NCBI GenBank assembly: GCA_000165425.1
Contig: CT868001.1
Span: forward strand, 1-64,000
DNA length: 64,000 bases
Direction of reading: 5' to 3'
DNA from: Paramecium tetraurelia
Lineage: Eukaryota
Under the pieces are notes generated by a model. The model was not told the DNA's origin, did not search any database, and saw nothing but the letters and a program-made list of their open reading frames with translations. A program made the position numbers and the translations under genes. Positions 26,461 to 40,529 of this stretch are shown piece by piece (the first letter of the stretch is position 1; each line of letters starts with the position of its first letter).

Positions 26461-27199
26461 TCAGTATTAATCAAATTTTAGTGCTTCTATTAACAAAGAG
26501 TTCTATTGAATGGTCAGTGTTTTTAATCATAAACAAAATGCAATCTAAACATTCCCTTAGGATTGTATAGAAATCAAAGTCACTTGTTTTCAGAGTCAAT
26601 CTACTTTACTCTAAATTATAATAGTCTTCCTTATAACTGCATATGTAATATTTCTTAATCTATTAATGCAATTGTTGTAAGGAGTTCTTTAATTCATAGC
26701 TTATGACTTAAACATTTTAGCATTTCAAATAATTAAGAGATGTTTGTATTTAATTTCTCTCATATTTCAGTTATTCATTCTACTTAATAATTTATTAACA
26801 TTCTTCTTCCAAATGTTGCATTTTTTGTTGTAGGTTGGTGAATTATTGCAATTATTTCATCAAATTCTTATTCTTTAAATCTAATTGGGCAATCTTATTC
26901 TGCTAATCCCTTATTATGCCATCTTTCTGCATTAAAATGGCCAATAATTATTTTTTTTCTTTTTATGTTTATTCAACCACAAGAGAAAAACTGTGCTGTT
27001 AATTAATCTTACTCTCTTGGGATGAAAGTCTAAATTCTTAATTCTCAATAGTGGTTTATGATTTTTTTAATAGATCCTCTATTTTATTATTGACCTCACT
27101 CAAACGTGAATTGTTCTAGGGTGTTTAAACAGTGCTAAGATTATTTGACCTAAATGATAAATTAGTGAGATGAGTTGAGGTTGATCTAGAAAACTTCAT
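26461..27199 (-). CDS. hypothetical coiled-coil protein
   Basis: MKFSRSTSTHLTNLSFRSNN..., Q/K/E-rich, TGA at 26461. Confidence 0.65.
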
Positions 27200-27422
27200 T
27201 TAAAGTTGTGTATTTTTATGTTATATTATATAAATTAGGACTTTAAGAAAGAGTTGCATAATTTAAATAGAAGTTATACTAAATTTAGTTTGGAATTGAG
27301 ATTTAAAATAAAATACTAATATTTATATTTATTAGTTTATTAATAAACTATTAAATACAGATATTGATAAATTGATTTCAAAATTTTCAAATATCATTTC
27401 AAATTGAACTATTTAATTGGAA

Positions 27423-28147
27423 ATGATCTAGAAAATACTTAAAAGTTTAGACAAAAATAGATTGATAAATTTAAAAAAGCAGCATCAGAGAAGAAGAAAT
27501 AAGAGGAGTTTAATTATTTATATTAGTTAAAATTCTTTAGCTAACATTCAAGAATAATTAGCTTAAACTACTGAGACAGCTAAACAATATTTGAAGGATT
27601 TATAACATGATTAAGAATAATTGAATAGTCAAGAATGATAGATCAAGGAAGATATAAAGTTAATTTTGAATTAGAATAAGTGAATGAATAACATATTTAA
27701 TGTTAAATCAATTTCAAAAAAGAAAAATTTCTAATCAAAGGTTACAAATCAAAACAAGGATGATTTAAGATTAAAGAAATTAGAGGCAATTGAAATAGAT
27801 TATGCAAAGATTGAATATATTATTTAAATGAAAAGGATAGTTTACACAATTAAACAAAATTTAGTTTAAGTAAATTAAGGAAAATTTTGAATGAAAGAAC
27901 TTTACTTTGTTATAGGATATAGATTCTTTAAAATCAAGCGAATTAACCTTTGAATGTTAAAACAAATGATATGATCTAGGAAGTCTAAAGATTACAAAAT
28001 GGATGCATTAATTTAATGGAATTAAGATAAATTGGAAAGCAAGATCTAGGCTTTGAATAAGTAATAGGGAGAGCTCTAATACTAATTGTACAGTAAGAAT
28101 AGAGAAATGCTGGGTTTCAAACATAAGTAAACTTAGCTCATAGTTGA
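27423..28147 (+). pseudogene. decayed coiled-coil protein gene
   Basis: Frameshift near 27455 and in-frame TGA at 27636 and 27681 inside an otherwise coding-like Q/E/K-rich frame. Confidence 0.55.
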
Positions 28148-28876
28148 TTCAAGTTAAATTTACATTAAATTCGAAAAATTATTTATTTGTATTAATTTTC
28201 AATTACAGCTATTCCATTCATTTAATTCGATGATAGATTTGGGTAATTGTAGAAATATAAATAAATTAATAGAAAACTTAAATTCATTGTTAAATTAATT
28301 TTCAATAAAAAAACTATTTTAATAAACTATTGGATTATTCTATTGTAAAATTATCATCAAATTATTATTTATCTAATTAAGATATTCAATTATTACACTT
28401 TTTTTTCCATTAATGATTCTCATTATTAAATGTTAAAATTCTGCTAGTTATTAAATTGCGACAACTTAAGCTGCTGATTAATAATTACAATTTTATTGAT
28501 ACTGTCATAATAACAATTTAAGGAAAACAATTATTTTTTAATCAATTGATCATTGTACTCTATTAAAGAATAAGAACCATTTAAAATATAAAGATATGTT
28601 GAATTTATGTGTTTTAAGAAATTTTTTATTAGGAATTTATGATAAATGTTTTAATGATGAAAGATTTTAATGAAAGAAAACATTGAAATTAATTCAGTTG
28701 CTAAGGAGAATTAAGGAGATACTATTTACTGATAATATTTATATGAAAAATATATTAGAATAAGAGTTATTGGTTATTATTAAAGATAATAGAATGGATC
28801 AGCTATTATCCACATTTACATAGACAAATATTTCTGATCCAAATTATGTTTTTAATTTATTTGTAAAGGTAAGATT

Positions 28877-29286
28877 TCATTTTCTTTTTCTTATTCTTTT
28901 TTTTTAAATTTATTCAGTTTCTTGCTTATTTGAAAAGGTTCTTAAGAATTCTCGATCCTCGTTTGATATAAAATCATCCCTAATATCATATTGTAAATTT
29001 TGTTCTTCTTGTTACTATTTAAAATAGGTTATCAGGTCATTCCAATTCTCTCTGGTTTATAGTCTTCTGTCGTATTTGGATTTTGATTCCTCTTTCGATA
29101 GGGTAGTATAGGCTTCATTTATTTAGTTAAATTAATCTGTTGCCCCAAACTCACTATTCTTATCCTAAAAAGACATCAGCAATTTAATACTGGATGCCAC
29201 TAAAGGGCTAATTTATGATAGGCCTACTTAATTTGGTTAGGTTTAGCATTCCTCTCTAAGCCCAAAGTGTCATAATGATTTTTCAT
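28877..29286 (-). CDS. small J-domain (DnaJ/Hsp40 type III) protein
   Basis: MKNHYDTLGLERNAKPNQIKQAYHKLALQWHP|26-nt intron|DKN...INEAYTTLS...KYD; basic tail KKRIRKRK-TGA; true start could lie further upstream. Confidence 0.85.
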
Positions 29287-30607
29287 TATTATTATTCCAT
29301 CTGAACATCCCTAAATAAAACATAGAAATTCTGGAACAAATTTTATTATTATAAATATAATCAAGCTGAAGCTTTCTTTTACACAACTTTTTGTTACTCT
29401 ACACATTCTTATTTGGAACCTAACTGTTTAAATTAATATATTTTTACATAAATTTATTAATTTTCAAAGGTAATCTATTTTATTTTCCCATAATTTCAAC
29501 TGTTGATAATCAATAAATGCAGATTCTTGTTATCTAACATCGTTAAATGAATTATTCAACTTTCCTATATGAAAACCAACCCTTTCAATTGGCTATTTGT
29601 TATCAATAGCAATTATCAATATTTTCCAGATTTTTTATAGTTTTGGGTTTTTTGTATAAAAAGTTTAAATATTAATGTTTTTTATAAATAAATTCTTTTA
29701 ATAAATTTTATGAATGTTTAAATAATCTAGTTCTTACTTTATTGGCATATAATAAAACTTTTACATTCTTATATAGTGTATGAATAAATTGGCTTTATCT
29801 AAAAATTATAATCACAATTCCATTTATAAGTTGAATTATGATTGCTTAGAACCGTTTTATTTTCTGGTTTAAAGAAAACAAGGCTTTTATTTATTGACTT
29901 TTTTATAGGAACTTAAAACTTCCACTTCCAATTTTATTTTAGCCAAATTATTTTTTAAAGAATTAAATGCTGTTATTGTTGAGGTTTGAAAAATAGGGAT
30001 TTTTAGTTTTTATATCCTTGTTTATTATTATTTGATGAAACTTGGTTAATCAAGGGGATTTAACTAAAAATCCATAAAAGTACTTTGAAAAAGAAAATAA
30101 CCACTTAAATAAATTCCGATGATAAGACTATTTAAACATATTTTAGATATTATTAGTAATAGAGTTAATATTTAATCGACTTATTTGATTAATCTACTAA
30201 ACAATAAGTTTCATTATATTTAATTTCAAATCTTATTCATCTTGCCTTTTGTATTTATATTTAGTCTTCAATCTAAATTATTAAAAAAATAATAAATAAT
30301 TCTCGTATGATATATCCAAAATTTCTTTTAAATTATAAAATATTTTTATTTTTTCTATGAAATGTTCGTTAGAAAATTGCAAGAACATTTTATTTATTGA
30401 AGAGAACAATTTACATTATTTTATTTAATAATTTTTTATGTTATATACTTATATAATTTGATTTGTTTAAGTTAATGCTAAAAAAATTTAGAATGCTTAT
30501 TTTGGATTCTTTTCAAAATCCCATATTGCTATAAAGAATTGAAAAAAAAAGTTATTATTTGTTTAGAATATTTTTATAATGTGATTCTTTTTGATTATTT
30601 TATAATA

Positions 30608-31503
30608 ATGAAATTATACGACATTATTGAAATCATTAAACTTACTGAGTAGAGAGGACAGGAGCTATTAATAGATGCTTTGATAGTGGGTATTGAAATA
30701 GGAAGAGGAAATATTTCTGATTTTAATGACCTCAAGTGTGTTGCAGAATAATTAAAGAATCTAAAACAGAAAATTGATAATAGCCTATTTAGTCCCTTCA
30801 TTAGAGATAATATTTATGATAGGATAATTAATGAAAAAGAAAATGTAATTATTTAATTAATCCTGAGTTGACTGATGTTTTATAAAGTGTCTAAAACTCT
30901 TTGAGAAGATTATCCTAATAAAATGTATAAAATGGAGTTTGCTAAGTTTGTCATCAGCAGGTGCATGGACAAGATAAAATGAAAACCATCTAATTGCAAT
31001 GCAACCATTTATTTCATTAGTAATGTGTCTTGCCAAATTTAATTATGCAAAATGAAATATTTCCGACTTATCAATGTCCAATTTGTGAAACTTAAACACT
31101 CAAAGATGAGATATTGAACCAATTACAAAATAATTCATAATAAGTAGTTTCTTGTTGTCCAACACCAGCATGCAGAAAAAAATTTGTATTTTAAGGATAA
31201 GAAATTTATAGATGCTAAAATTGCAAAAAGAAATACTGTCTTAGATGTTTTTCTTAAAGCCATGAAATTAATAAATGTCAAGCAAGTGATAATAATTAAT
31301 TTAAAAATGGTGATAATTATAAGGAATGTCCACATTGTAAAAAATGGATGAAAACATCATAAGTTGAGGGTACAATTAAATGTATCAAATGTAATAAAAC
31401 TGTTTGTTTAGGATGTAATGATTCAAAATGCAGTTGTTGTTGTGAAAACAAAGGAAACATTTATTCCTTTTTTAAAAGTAAATTTTCAATTAAACAATAA
31501 TGA
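30608..31503 (+). CDS. RING-IBR-RING2-like (RBR-type) protein, apparently without catalytic Cys
   Basis: CQVC...CNHLFHQQC...CPIC; CCPTPAC...CQNCKKKYCLRCFSQSH; CPHCKKWMKTSQVEGTIKCIKCNKTVCLGC. Confidence 0.75.
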
Positions 31504-31951
31504 AATCAAATCAAATAAATAAATAAAATGAAAATTATTAAAAATATAATTCAAAAACATCACAATTGAATCATTTTAGTTTATTTTACAATACTTCAAC
31601 TTTATATGAACTAAAAAGCACCATAACTGTGATTAATAAAATAATTTATTCTTCTTTATTTTTTCTTGATCATATTTCATATTTGATTTTATCTTAAGGC
31701 ATACTACATTGTTTTTTTTGAGATTAATACAAGCATAATAAATTTAGATACCTTAATAAGACCAAAATATTTTAAGGACATTTCTATTTTATTCTATATT
31801 CCTCGAATTAATCGATAATTTTAATCTGGTATAAAATGCGAGTCTTTAGCATCCATTATAAGATTAAAGTGGCTTTTAATAAATATTGATTGATTTAAAT
31901 ATTTTATGATAAAGTTGCCAAATATTTAATATAATTTTATTTAATTAATAA

Positions 31952-33393
31952 ATGAGTTTTTAAGGATTTTTGGTTAAGAAAACTATCTAATAGTTCCCAA
32001 TTAGACAAAAGCCTGTATATTATGATGATTACACTGATTAAAATTTTGTTCTTTTCATAAACAAAAAATTAGCAGATCTAAGATGTATTGTATGAATTTA
32101 TTAGTTTAAAGTGGCAGCAACGATATATCAGCTAAGCGAATTATGAACTTAAAAATAAAAATTCCAAAAGACAAGAATACTGAGGGACATAAAATAAAAA
32201 GAAAGGCTTCTTTAAAGCGCAAATCTATCTCAGTGTAATAAGATGACAAAGAGAAAAAGTTTCGCTACAAATTTAGATCTCCACCAGTTAAACCTGAGGT
32301 TAGATTAGCTTCCTATTTAAATGATGAATTACTTAGATAGCATTAAATTAGTCCATTGTATTAGGAATACAAACTAGCCAATTTGAAAGCCAACTTAATA
32401 AAATTGCAATCCAAGAAGTCATACTAATTAAATGAGTTGAATCATGTGGAATTGGAAGATGAGGACTAAGTGAAATACTTTCTGACAGAGATTTGCAGGA
32501 ATCATCCAGAGATCGATGTAGGGAACCTATTAAGCGTGGATGTTGAGAAGAAGGAATTGAAATTAGATAATTAAGAACAAATATTAAAGGAACTAGTTTA
32601 AAAGAGAATTAAGTAAGAAGAATTAGAGTAATTGATGAAATTGGAATAATAATACAATTAAAATCTTGTAAATATTTACAAGGAAACCAGATATGATTAA
32701 TTTGAACCAGAATTTAAGAAATAAGGATAAATTAGCATGTGTAAAATAAAGAGGTAAAAAGAAATTTAGGATAAGATGTTTGCTGAAATTTTTAAAGTTA
32801 AATCTCATCGTTCTTCAAAGCATAATCTTACAAAGCATTTCTTTCAGGCCAAGAATAAAACACCGGAATCCAAACACAAGGTTACACTTTCATAATAATT
32901 TACACCTTCCAATAATATCTTTATTTCATAACCTACCACTGTCCCAATGTCGCCCTAGATTTCTATGCATTAAGAACTCAAACCAAGTTATTTGACAACA
33001 TCAATTGGTACTTTTAATGACAGTAAATCGCCAATTAATATTCCAAACACTGATTTTAGTTACAAAATTAAGACTATTATGGATAAATGCGAAATGTTTG
33101 AGGATGAACACAAAATATCTAATTAAATATTTAAAGAAAGAATAAACTTGATGGGAAGAGAGTTGAATACATATTTTGATACAGCCAGAAGTAGATACAA
33201 AAACCAAGAAATGGAAATGGATACAAATGAAGGATTTGATAGATTTTTGTAAGAAAACTAATTTAAAAGAAAATTGATTGAATTTTAGGTCAGTTAAGTG
33301 CAGAATTTGCATGAAGTATTAAGTCAAAAGGCAAAAAGAGAATTGACTAATAATTTTATGGGATCTGATTAAGACAAATAGAAATTATTTTGA
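31952..33393 (+). CDS. hypothetical protein with coiled-coil segments
   Basis: ATG 31952, 20-nt intron near 32085, open in table 6 to TGA 33391-33393. Confidence 0.65.
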
Positions 33394-33815
33394 TTTTAGA
33401 TTTTATTTATATACAATAATTGTGCTATTTAATTATGTATTTGAGTGATCTTAAATTACAAACTAGTAACTAATTGAGGCAATATAATTAAAAATGAAAT
33501 AAACTTTTAATTGAATAATTTAATAATATTAAGAATTTATGAAACTCATTAACTTATGATATTTTCATAAAACCAAATATTTAATAGAGTCTAAATGATG
33601 ATCAAATAATTATTGATAATTATAAGTCTGAATTGAAGGTTATTCAAAATCATATAAATAATTAAAATAAAAATCCTTTAATTAATTATGAAATATAGTA
33701 ATTTAGATATATAAAAATCAAATATATTATGATAACTTAAAATATAAAAGTTGATTTAGTGTTTTAAATAGAATCTTTATAATTTTATATATAAATTTAT
33801 CTCATTAGAAAATCA

Positions 33816-34443
33816 ATGAATCGATCAGATGAAGAGAGTATAAACAGTTTCACACCAGATTCAGGGTATTTAATGATGTATAAATAAGGCATTAAGAGAA
33901 TAATGAAGAATTAAGAAATAGAGACAACAAAAAATATGCAATTATTAATTAATCTGTTCGTGTTCAATTATTACGTCGCATACTATCTAAATAATCTACA
34001 ATAAAGGAGGCAGCATAAGAATTTGGAATAAATTTCTCGACAGCAAAAGCGATTTTGCAAACTTATCGTAAAGAAGGACGTGTAGGCAAGAAAAAGACAA
34101 GAGATCGAAATAAGAGTAAATAGGATTTGGGAGATCACAATCAGAGTAGGAAGATTTAATCGATGTATAATCTCGAATAACCTTAACAAATAAAAACCAT
34201 CTCTCCAGAAGTGAAACCTTCACCTCAAACTTATCAATAAATAATGATTCCAGTAATGAGCACACCTAATCTTGATAATACTTAAATTGCTTTAGCTTAT
34301 TGTCAAAGAGAATTGGCTTAATAGAAAATGGTTAATTTTTAATTAATGATGATGATTTAAGTAAAATAGAATCTAAATTATTTTAGAACTATAAAAATAT
34401 TACACAAGTATAAGTCAAAGAAGAATCTAACAAAATTAATTGA
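33816..34443 (+). CDS. HTH (homeodomain-like) putative DNA-binding protein
   Basis: YAIINQSVRVQLLRRILSKQSTIKEAAQEFGINFSTAKAILQTYRKEGRVGKKKTR. Confidence 0.75.
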
Positions 34444-34471
34444 ATTATAATTAAATAATATATAAATTGTT

Positions 34472-35391
34472 ATGAACGTCGAAACATAGAATTCTAATAA
34501 AGTATAGCAAGTAACTTATGATAAATACTTTAGATCCTGCTCAAATAAGAATAATTAATAAAGGAATAGAAATACTATGAATATGAACAAAAAATACTTA
34601 CATTTGGATCCAGATTCATTAATTAGCATAATAAGGATGGAGCTATCACTCTTTATTTATAAGCAAGCAAAGTTTTAGTTAAGAACAATTAAGATAACTC
34701 AGGCTTTAATTTAGCAACAGAAGTAATCAAAATATCAGATGATTTGGATTCCCAAAGTATTGGTAAGATTGATCCATTAATTTCGAAGCTGAGATCATGT
34801 CAATCTATTCTATAGCTCAATTCAGTAAATTGAAAGTTCAATTCATAAATAAAGTGCTTAAGAAATACCCAAAATATACAGATCAAATTTGCCAATAAGT
34901 AGGTGTAGATCTAATCAATCATAATAAATTCCATTTAGCATGGAGATACTTAATATAACTATCTGATGTCAATACAGAAATTTAGATGTTAGTCAAATGG
35001 AATTAGCAATTGACAGAGCAAGAAAGACAATATAACCTAATCAGATATTTATTAATGTAAATTGTAGAACAAATAATTAGTAAACTTGGTTAGGGATTAT
35101 ACAATGAAAGTGTTAAGATATTGAATGAACTGATTCCTACCACAGTCACTTAAGAAGCTTTATTTATTCATCTTTTGGTGAAATCAATAAGAATTTAAAG
35201 CAGGGAAGCATATGATTTGGTTTTTAATAAGTTTAGAGTTGTTGTTGATGCCGATCCAATCTTTTAAGCTGTATATCATATTACATTAAATTTAGTTATA
35301 TTATAAAGTAGGAGTGAAATACTTTGGACTTAAAGAAAAGGAATAATAGTCTTAAGGTATTGGTGGATTATTGAGTTAATTCTTTTAATGA
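34472..35391 (+). CDS. GET4: GET4 (Golgi to ER traffic protein 4)-like
   Basis: KYYEYEQKILTFGSRF...LYLQASKVLVKNNQDNSGFNLA; C-terminal YDLVFNKFRVVVDADPIF...YKVGVKYFGL...GGLLSQFFQ parallel the Get4 motifs. Confidence 0.7.
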
Positions 35392-36182
35392 AATTATATA
35401 TACATAATTAATAATGAGTATGTTATTTACCTATGTGAAGAATACATAAATTATAGAGAAATAAAGGGAGAATTCAAAGGAAATTATGATAGAATGTGTT
35501 ATCTGCTGCTTTTTTAATTTAATTATTAATCTTTATATTATATTTTGCAGAGTTACAGTATAGTGACATGTGTTTTTGAAATTAATAGATTAGATGATAA
35601 TTGCATCTACTCATATAAACCACAGATCGCAGGATAATTAATTATAGGGATATTTTCTAAAAATTCTAGATAATTGCATGTCTCGAAGAAGCATGTTTTG
35701 GATGGGTGATTATTCAATAAAATATTTGATCTATTTAAATAGCGCTTTCATTATCATAGATGTATCTCTATCTTTGAAGAGAGAGCATGTTATTTTATTT
35801 AAGAGATTTATGTTAATTGTCTGCGAAGGGGATGAGAATGCTGAGACCGTCTTACCTTGAGATAATAGGCATAGGAAATTAGTTTGGGAATAAAATTTTG
35901 ATAGGAAAACTTGCTGATTTTTGGTTATTATTCATTAATTCTTTGGATTTGAACCAATTGTCTTTTACTTCATAATAAATACCTTAAATTTAGTAATAGT
36001 CCTGCTTTTGAAAAAGTAAAAACAGGAAGAACAGAAATTTGTAGATTGACAATATAATTATTAAAAATTATAAATTACTTTTCTGGTTCCAATATACAAA
36101 TTAAACACGAAAATCTTAAAATTGCGCTTAGTCTTAAATAAAAAGGCAATTATTAAAAGGATTTCTTGCCATAAAATAATTA

Positions 36183-37290
36183 ATGAAGATGGACAATAAA
36201 AGATTTAAACTGATGCTAGGACTTAATTATGAAGGGTCAACAAGTAAGAGATTGCAATTAATTTATAGATTATTTTGCTTCATCAAATAAATCAAGTACT
36301 GTCAAAAGATGTGTCAATACTTAAACAACAACTTAGGATTTCACTCAATTTGACTATTTATTACAATCTCCATAAATTATTAAGGTATTAATTCTTACAA
36401 ATTGTCTTAGAAAGTTAAAGTCGTTGCCGAAAGCACTATCCACACCTATGAAGATGATTTATATTGCTATGAAAGCATACAAAATATTGAATCAGCACCT
36501 ATCACATTTTAGACTAAATCCTCTCCAATCCCAATATAGAAAGAATTCTACAATATCAATCCTCTGTACTTATAAGAATACAACGAGAAAGAATATAACT
36601 ATAAAACAAGGGCCATCATCTTGAATCGAATATAAGATAATTGTCAGAATTTGAATAACTCTTACTCCCATAAAGCTATATATCTTTATGACCTTTTCCT
36701 TAGCAGACTTTAAAGTAAAAGCATAACCAACTAAACTCAATTAAGATTTCTTTCCTTGGCTATGATCTTTGTAGCTACTAAAATGAATGCTGAAACACCC
36801 AACATCAATTCACTTTTATCATAGTCATCACTCAACATGACCAAGCAATAACTCATATAATATGAGAGACTCATTCTTAAAGTATTAGATTGGCACACTA
36901 ATCCTCTAACCTTACAAGATATTATACATGAAATTATATACAGATTCTATATTGCTTTTCCCGATTTCCAAACCTAGCAAGATCAAAAGACCAAAACCAT
37001 AAATTAAATTGTTAATTCTATTGTTCTGGACCATCATTATTTAAGCTACTCTTTGGAGGATCTATCCTTTTCAATTGTAACTGTACTTTTTACTAAAGAT
37101 CTATAAGATGAGTAATTTGAAGATTTTCTTAAGACTCATGATAAATCAAAACATAAAATCTAACAAGCAGTGAAATTTGTATCTAAATATATTAGAGTGA
37201 TCAATTAGTTGGTATTTTATTATCTAAACATTTTTAGAATGAAAAATAATTGGACATCAATTCATTGGAAATACTTAAATTAGTTTGTGA
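36183..37290 (+). CDS. cyclin-box protein
   Basis: RAIILNRI...KAIYLYDLFL...LSLAMIFVATKM...YERLILKVLDWHTNPLT. Confidence 0.8.
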
Positions 37291-37314
37291 TTGATTCTTT
37301 ATATATATATATGT

Positions 37315-38640
37315 TCATTAGTAATATAATTTAAATTTATGATTGTTTTAAGCACTCTAAATTCTAGATTTATTGGTCATCACTTTATTAGATTGATAAG
37401 AACTTCGGATGTCGTTTTTTACTTCATCTAACAACTAATCAAATTCATCATCAATTTCCATTCTTTAATTCTAGATACTATCATAGTTCTCATCAAATGT
37501 CGAATTCATTATTTATGCTGTCATTCTCCTATCCTTTATCTAAGTGCTATTTGTACGACTTCCCAAATATGTTTAATTATCATGAAATTTAAATAATTTC
37601 CTTCTAGGACCATTTGGCAACATAATTGATTGTAGTTCTTTTTATTTTTGTGGTAATTTCCTTAGAGTATTTTCAACTTTCGTATTATTATTTGAGATTG
37701 TTTCAATGAAACTATTATAACATAATCCACATACTCTCACAAATTGAAACTCATCAAATTTTGGTATGATTCTCCCTGTTACGTCTAGATGTAATTTCTA
37801 ATCATTCAAATGATGTAGATTTCTATGCATTCTTATCTTCCATATTCTATTCTTCAAGACTTCGAAAGTATCATTAACTTTGGTTAATTTTCTGCAACCA
37901 AAACATTAAATCATAGTTATATCATCTGTGACTTACTTTTTTGGTTAAAATTACTCAAAATATTCTTGATTGTGTAAGTAGTTCTAGGAATTCATGAAAT
38001 TTAGTGTTCTTTTGATACTCTTGCATTAAAGATTGGTGTTCCACATAATAATCAATTTATCTCCGATATATTTCATAAAAAATTCAATTTCATTCACTTA
38101 TTGACCTTCAATTAGACTAATTAATTTTTCAACTGTGATTCCTATTTTATTTACTCTTGTTTCAAATATAACTTTTTCACAAGCAAATTAGCTGTCTTTC
38201 AAAGTTATTAATGGTTCTAATGATAAGGGTATCCTTTATTGAATCTAAGTGACATGGCCTTATCGAGAATAAGTAATAAAGTTTTCGCTTGAGAATGTTT
38301 ATTAGATTATAACATCTTAATATAGTTCTGAGAAATTAGAGATATCAGATATGAGTGCTTCAAGTTCATTACGTGTCAAGTATTTAAATTGGACATCTTT
38401 CTTGTTCAGCAGTCGCTAAAAGGAACACACATACTTTTCTTTAGAGTTGAAGGTGTCTAATATACTCCTTAGTGTAACATTCTCTTTTCGCTTCTTCAAT
38501 ATTTTACCAGAACATTGTGAACTGGTGAAATAGTGAGATATTTTGCTACCTTGCATGTAGAATGTCTATGGAACCTCGAAACAGCATTCATACATTGCGT
38601 ATTATTGAGCTTTCCAAAGTTCTCCTATTATATTGAACAT
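37315..38640 (-). CDS. hypothetical protein with two CxxC pairs (CFGC, CGLC)
   Basis: ATG 38640, open in table 6 to TGA 37315. Confidence 0.65.
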
Positions 38641-38702
38641 TATATAATTAAATAATGTAGTGAGTGATAATTATTCGATGTTTGAAAATATAATTAAACT
38701 GA

Positions 38703-39686
38703 TCATTTAAATTTGCATTCTAATGTGTTGGTGAAATGATTTAGCAATTCTTATTGAGGAATCATCTTTTTACATGCAATGCAAAATGCCCTACTTTAAC
38801 ATTTCACACTGGTACAATGAGCTATTCTATCATAGAGTTGGAGAGCAGTAATCTTGGGATTTGTCGAATTACAATTAGGACAAGGGATTTTATTGATCGG
38901 ATTTTCAATTGGTTAAATTACTTATTTCTATTAAACCTATTGAACTTATTGCACTGCTGGTCTTGTGACCCATGATCCATTCACTTTTATTTTGCATTTA
39001 TTATTAAATGGACTATTCCCCTCAAAATGGGTATTATGATCCTTTTTTATTATTAATAAATTATTACTGCTTTCTCAAGTTAAATATCACAGAGATTGCA
39101 AAAGAAGGTACCACATTTGCAGGTCATAAAATTACAACCTGCTGTCTTCTCTACCATAATATTACATTTAGGACATCTGCATGCTTTCAGAAGAGCCTTT
39201 AAATCTTTATAAACTTTGTCCTAAAATAGCAATTTTTATTCTTCACAAGTACGCTCAGGCTTATGCTATGGTAAGAAACACAACCGACAATATTCCATTT
39301 TGCATTTTAAACATTTTTAGTATTCTAAATTGATGGCATTGTATTATACCTGCATTCTTCCAAATAACATATTTCTCTCTGCAAGCCTCGTTTAAACAAT
39401 TCGCTAATATCTCGTCTTCCTCCAAACCATAGATCGAGTTCATCTCTATACTTAATTCACAGTATTTCTTGAATATTTATTCTGAAACAAATTCCTAAAT
39501 CAAAGATTAATCGAACATCTTTTAACATCCTGGACATTTAAAGATATCCAATGTTACATTTTGTTCCTTTATCCTACCCTCAAAAGTGGACTTTAAGCAA
39601 TTCTTACAGAATGTATCAAAACAGGAAGGAAATGTAAAGGCTAATTTGTTATCATAAGTCTAGTAACATATAGGACATAAAAACAT
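38703..39686 (-). CDS. RBR E3 ubiquitin ligase with an extra C-terminal Cys cluster
   Basis: MFLCPICY...SCFDTFCKNC...CPGC; IBR; RING2 RCPKCNIMVEKTAGCNFMTCKCGTFFCNLC; then CPNC...CTSVKC...CIAC. Confidence 0.85.
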
Positions 39687-40529
39687 GTATAATAGATTTA
39701 TTATTTAATTTTTATTAAGATTTAGAATATAGTCTAAGAAATATAATAAATATCACTAATTCTATTAAATTTAAGTCTAAAAATTGGATCAATAAATTCT
39801 AAATGGTACAATCTTTACTTTACTTAAGTTTATTTAATTAGCTTTATTGATTTATCAAGTCCTTCCATACTTCGACAATTTTTAATTTGAACATTTTTCA
39901 AATTCCATTCCATTCTCTTAACATTTTATTAAGCATCCTTCGATCTATCTTCATATCTATCGAACAGTCCATTTATCTATTTTACTCAATGATAGGATCA
40001 CAAATCTTCCATCATTAAATTCAATCGATTATTTAGATATTCTAGTAAATTCTATTGCATAGTTATTAAACAGTAATACCAAAATAAAATAAAGAGTTGA
40101 TCATTCAAAATGTAGAATAGGGAATGAATCTTATATTTTTTCAAGTTAAGTAAACATCCATAACTTGATAATTATAAGAATTTAACTCTTAGTTCTCATT
40201 TACTTGAAATTCAAATTAAAAATCCATTATATTTTTATCAAACCAATTACCATACTTTCAAATTTATCAAGATTTTATTGCAGCCTAAGTATTCAATGAC
40301 GTATCAATAGCAAATCATTCAGTGCTAAATTATTGATAATAATATTAATCCCTTTTTCCAAATTAGCCTTAGAAGTATGTGCTTTTATTCAAAGATAAAG
40401 TATAGTATTGTAGTTTTGATATAGTAGATTTGAGACTGGATTGAATTGATTGTTGATGATATTAGCAATATTTGATTAATATTTATATGTATAGTAGTGA
40501 AGTACACAAATTAATATTTATAATATAAA

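Noticed and set aside
35400..36000. Coding-like tract between GET4 and the cyclin
   Set aside because: No consistent frame or recognisable motif; at most a gene remnant
39750..40480. Coding-like minus-strand tract
   Set aside because: Multiple TGA and no recognisable domain; cannot support a gene call
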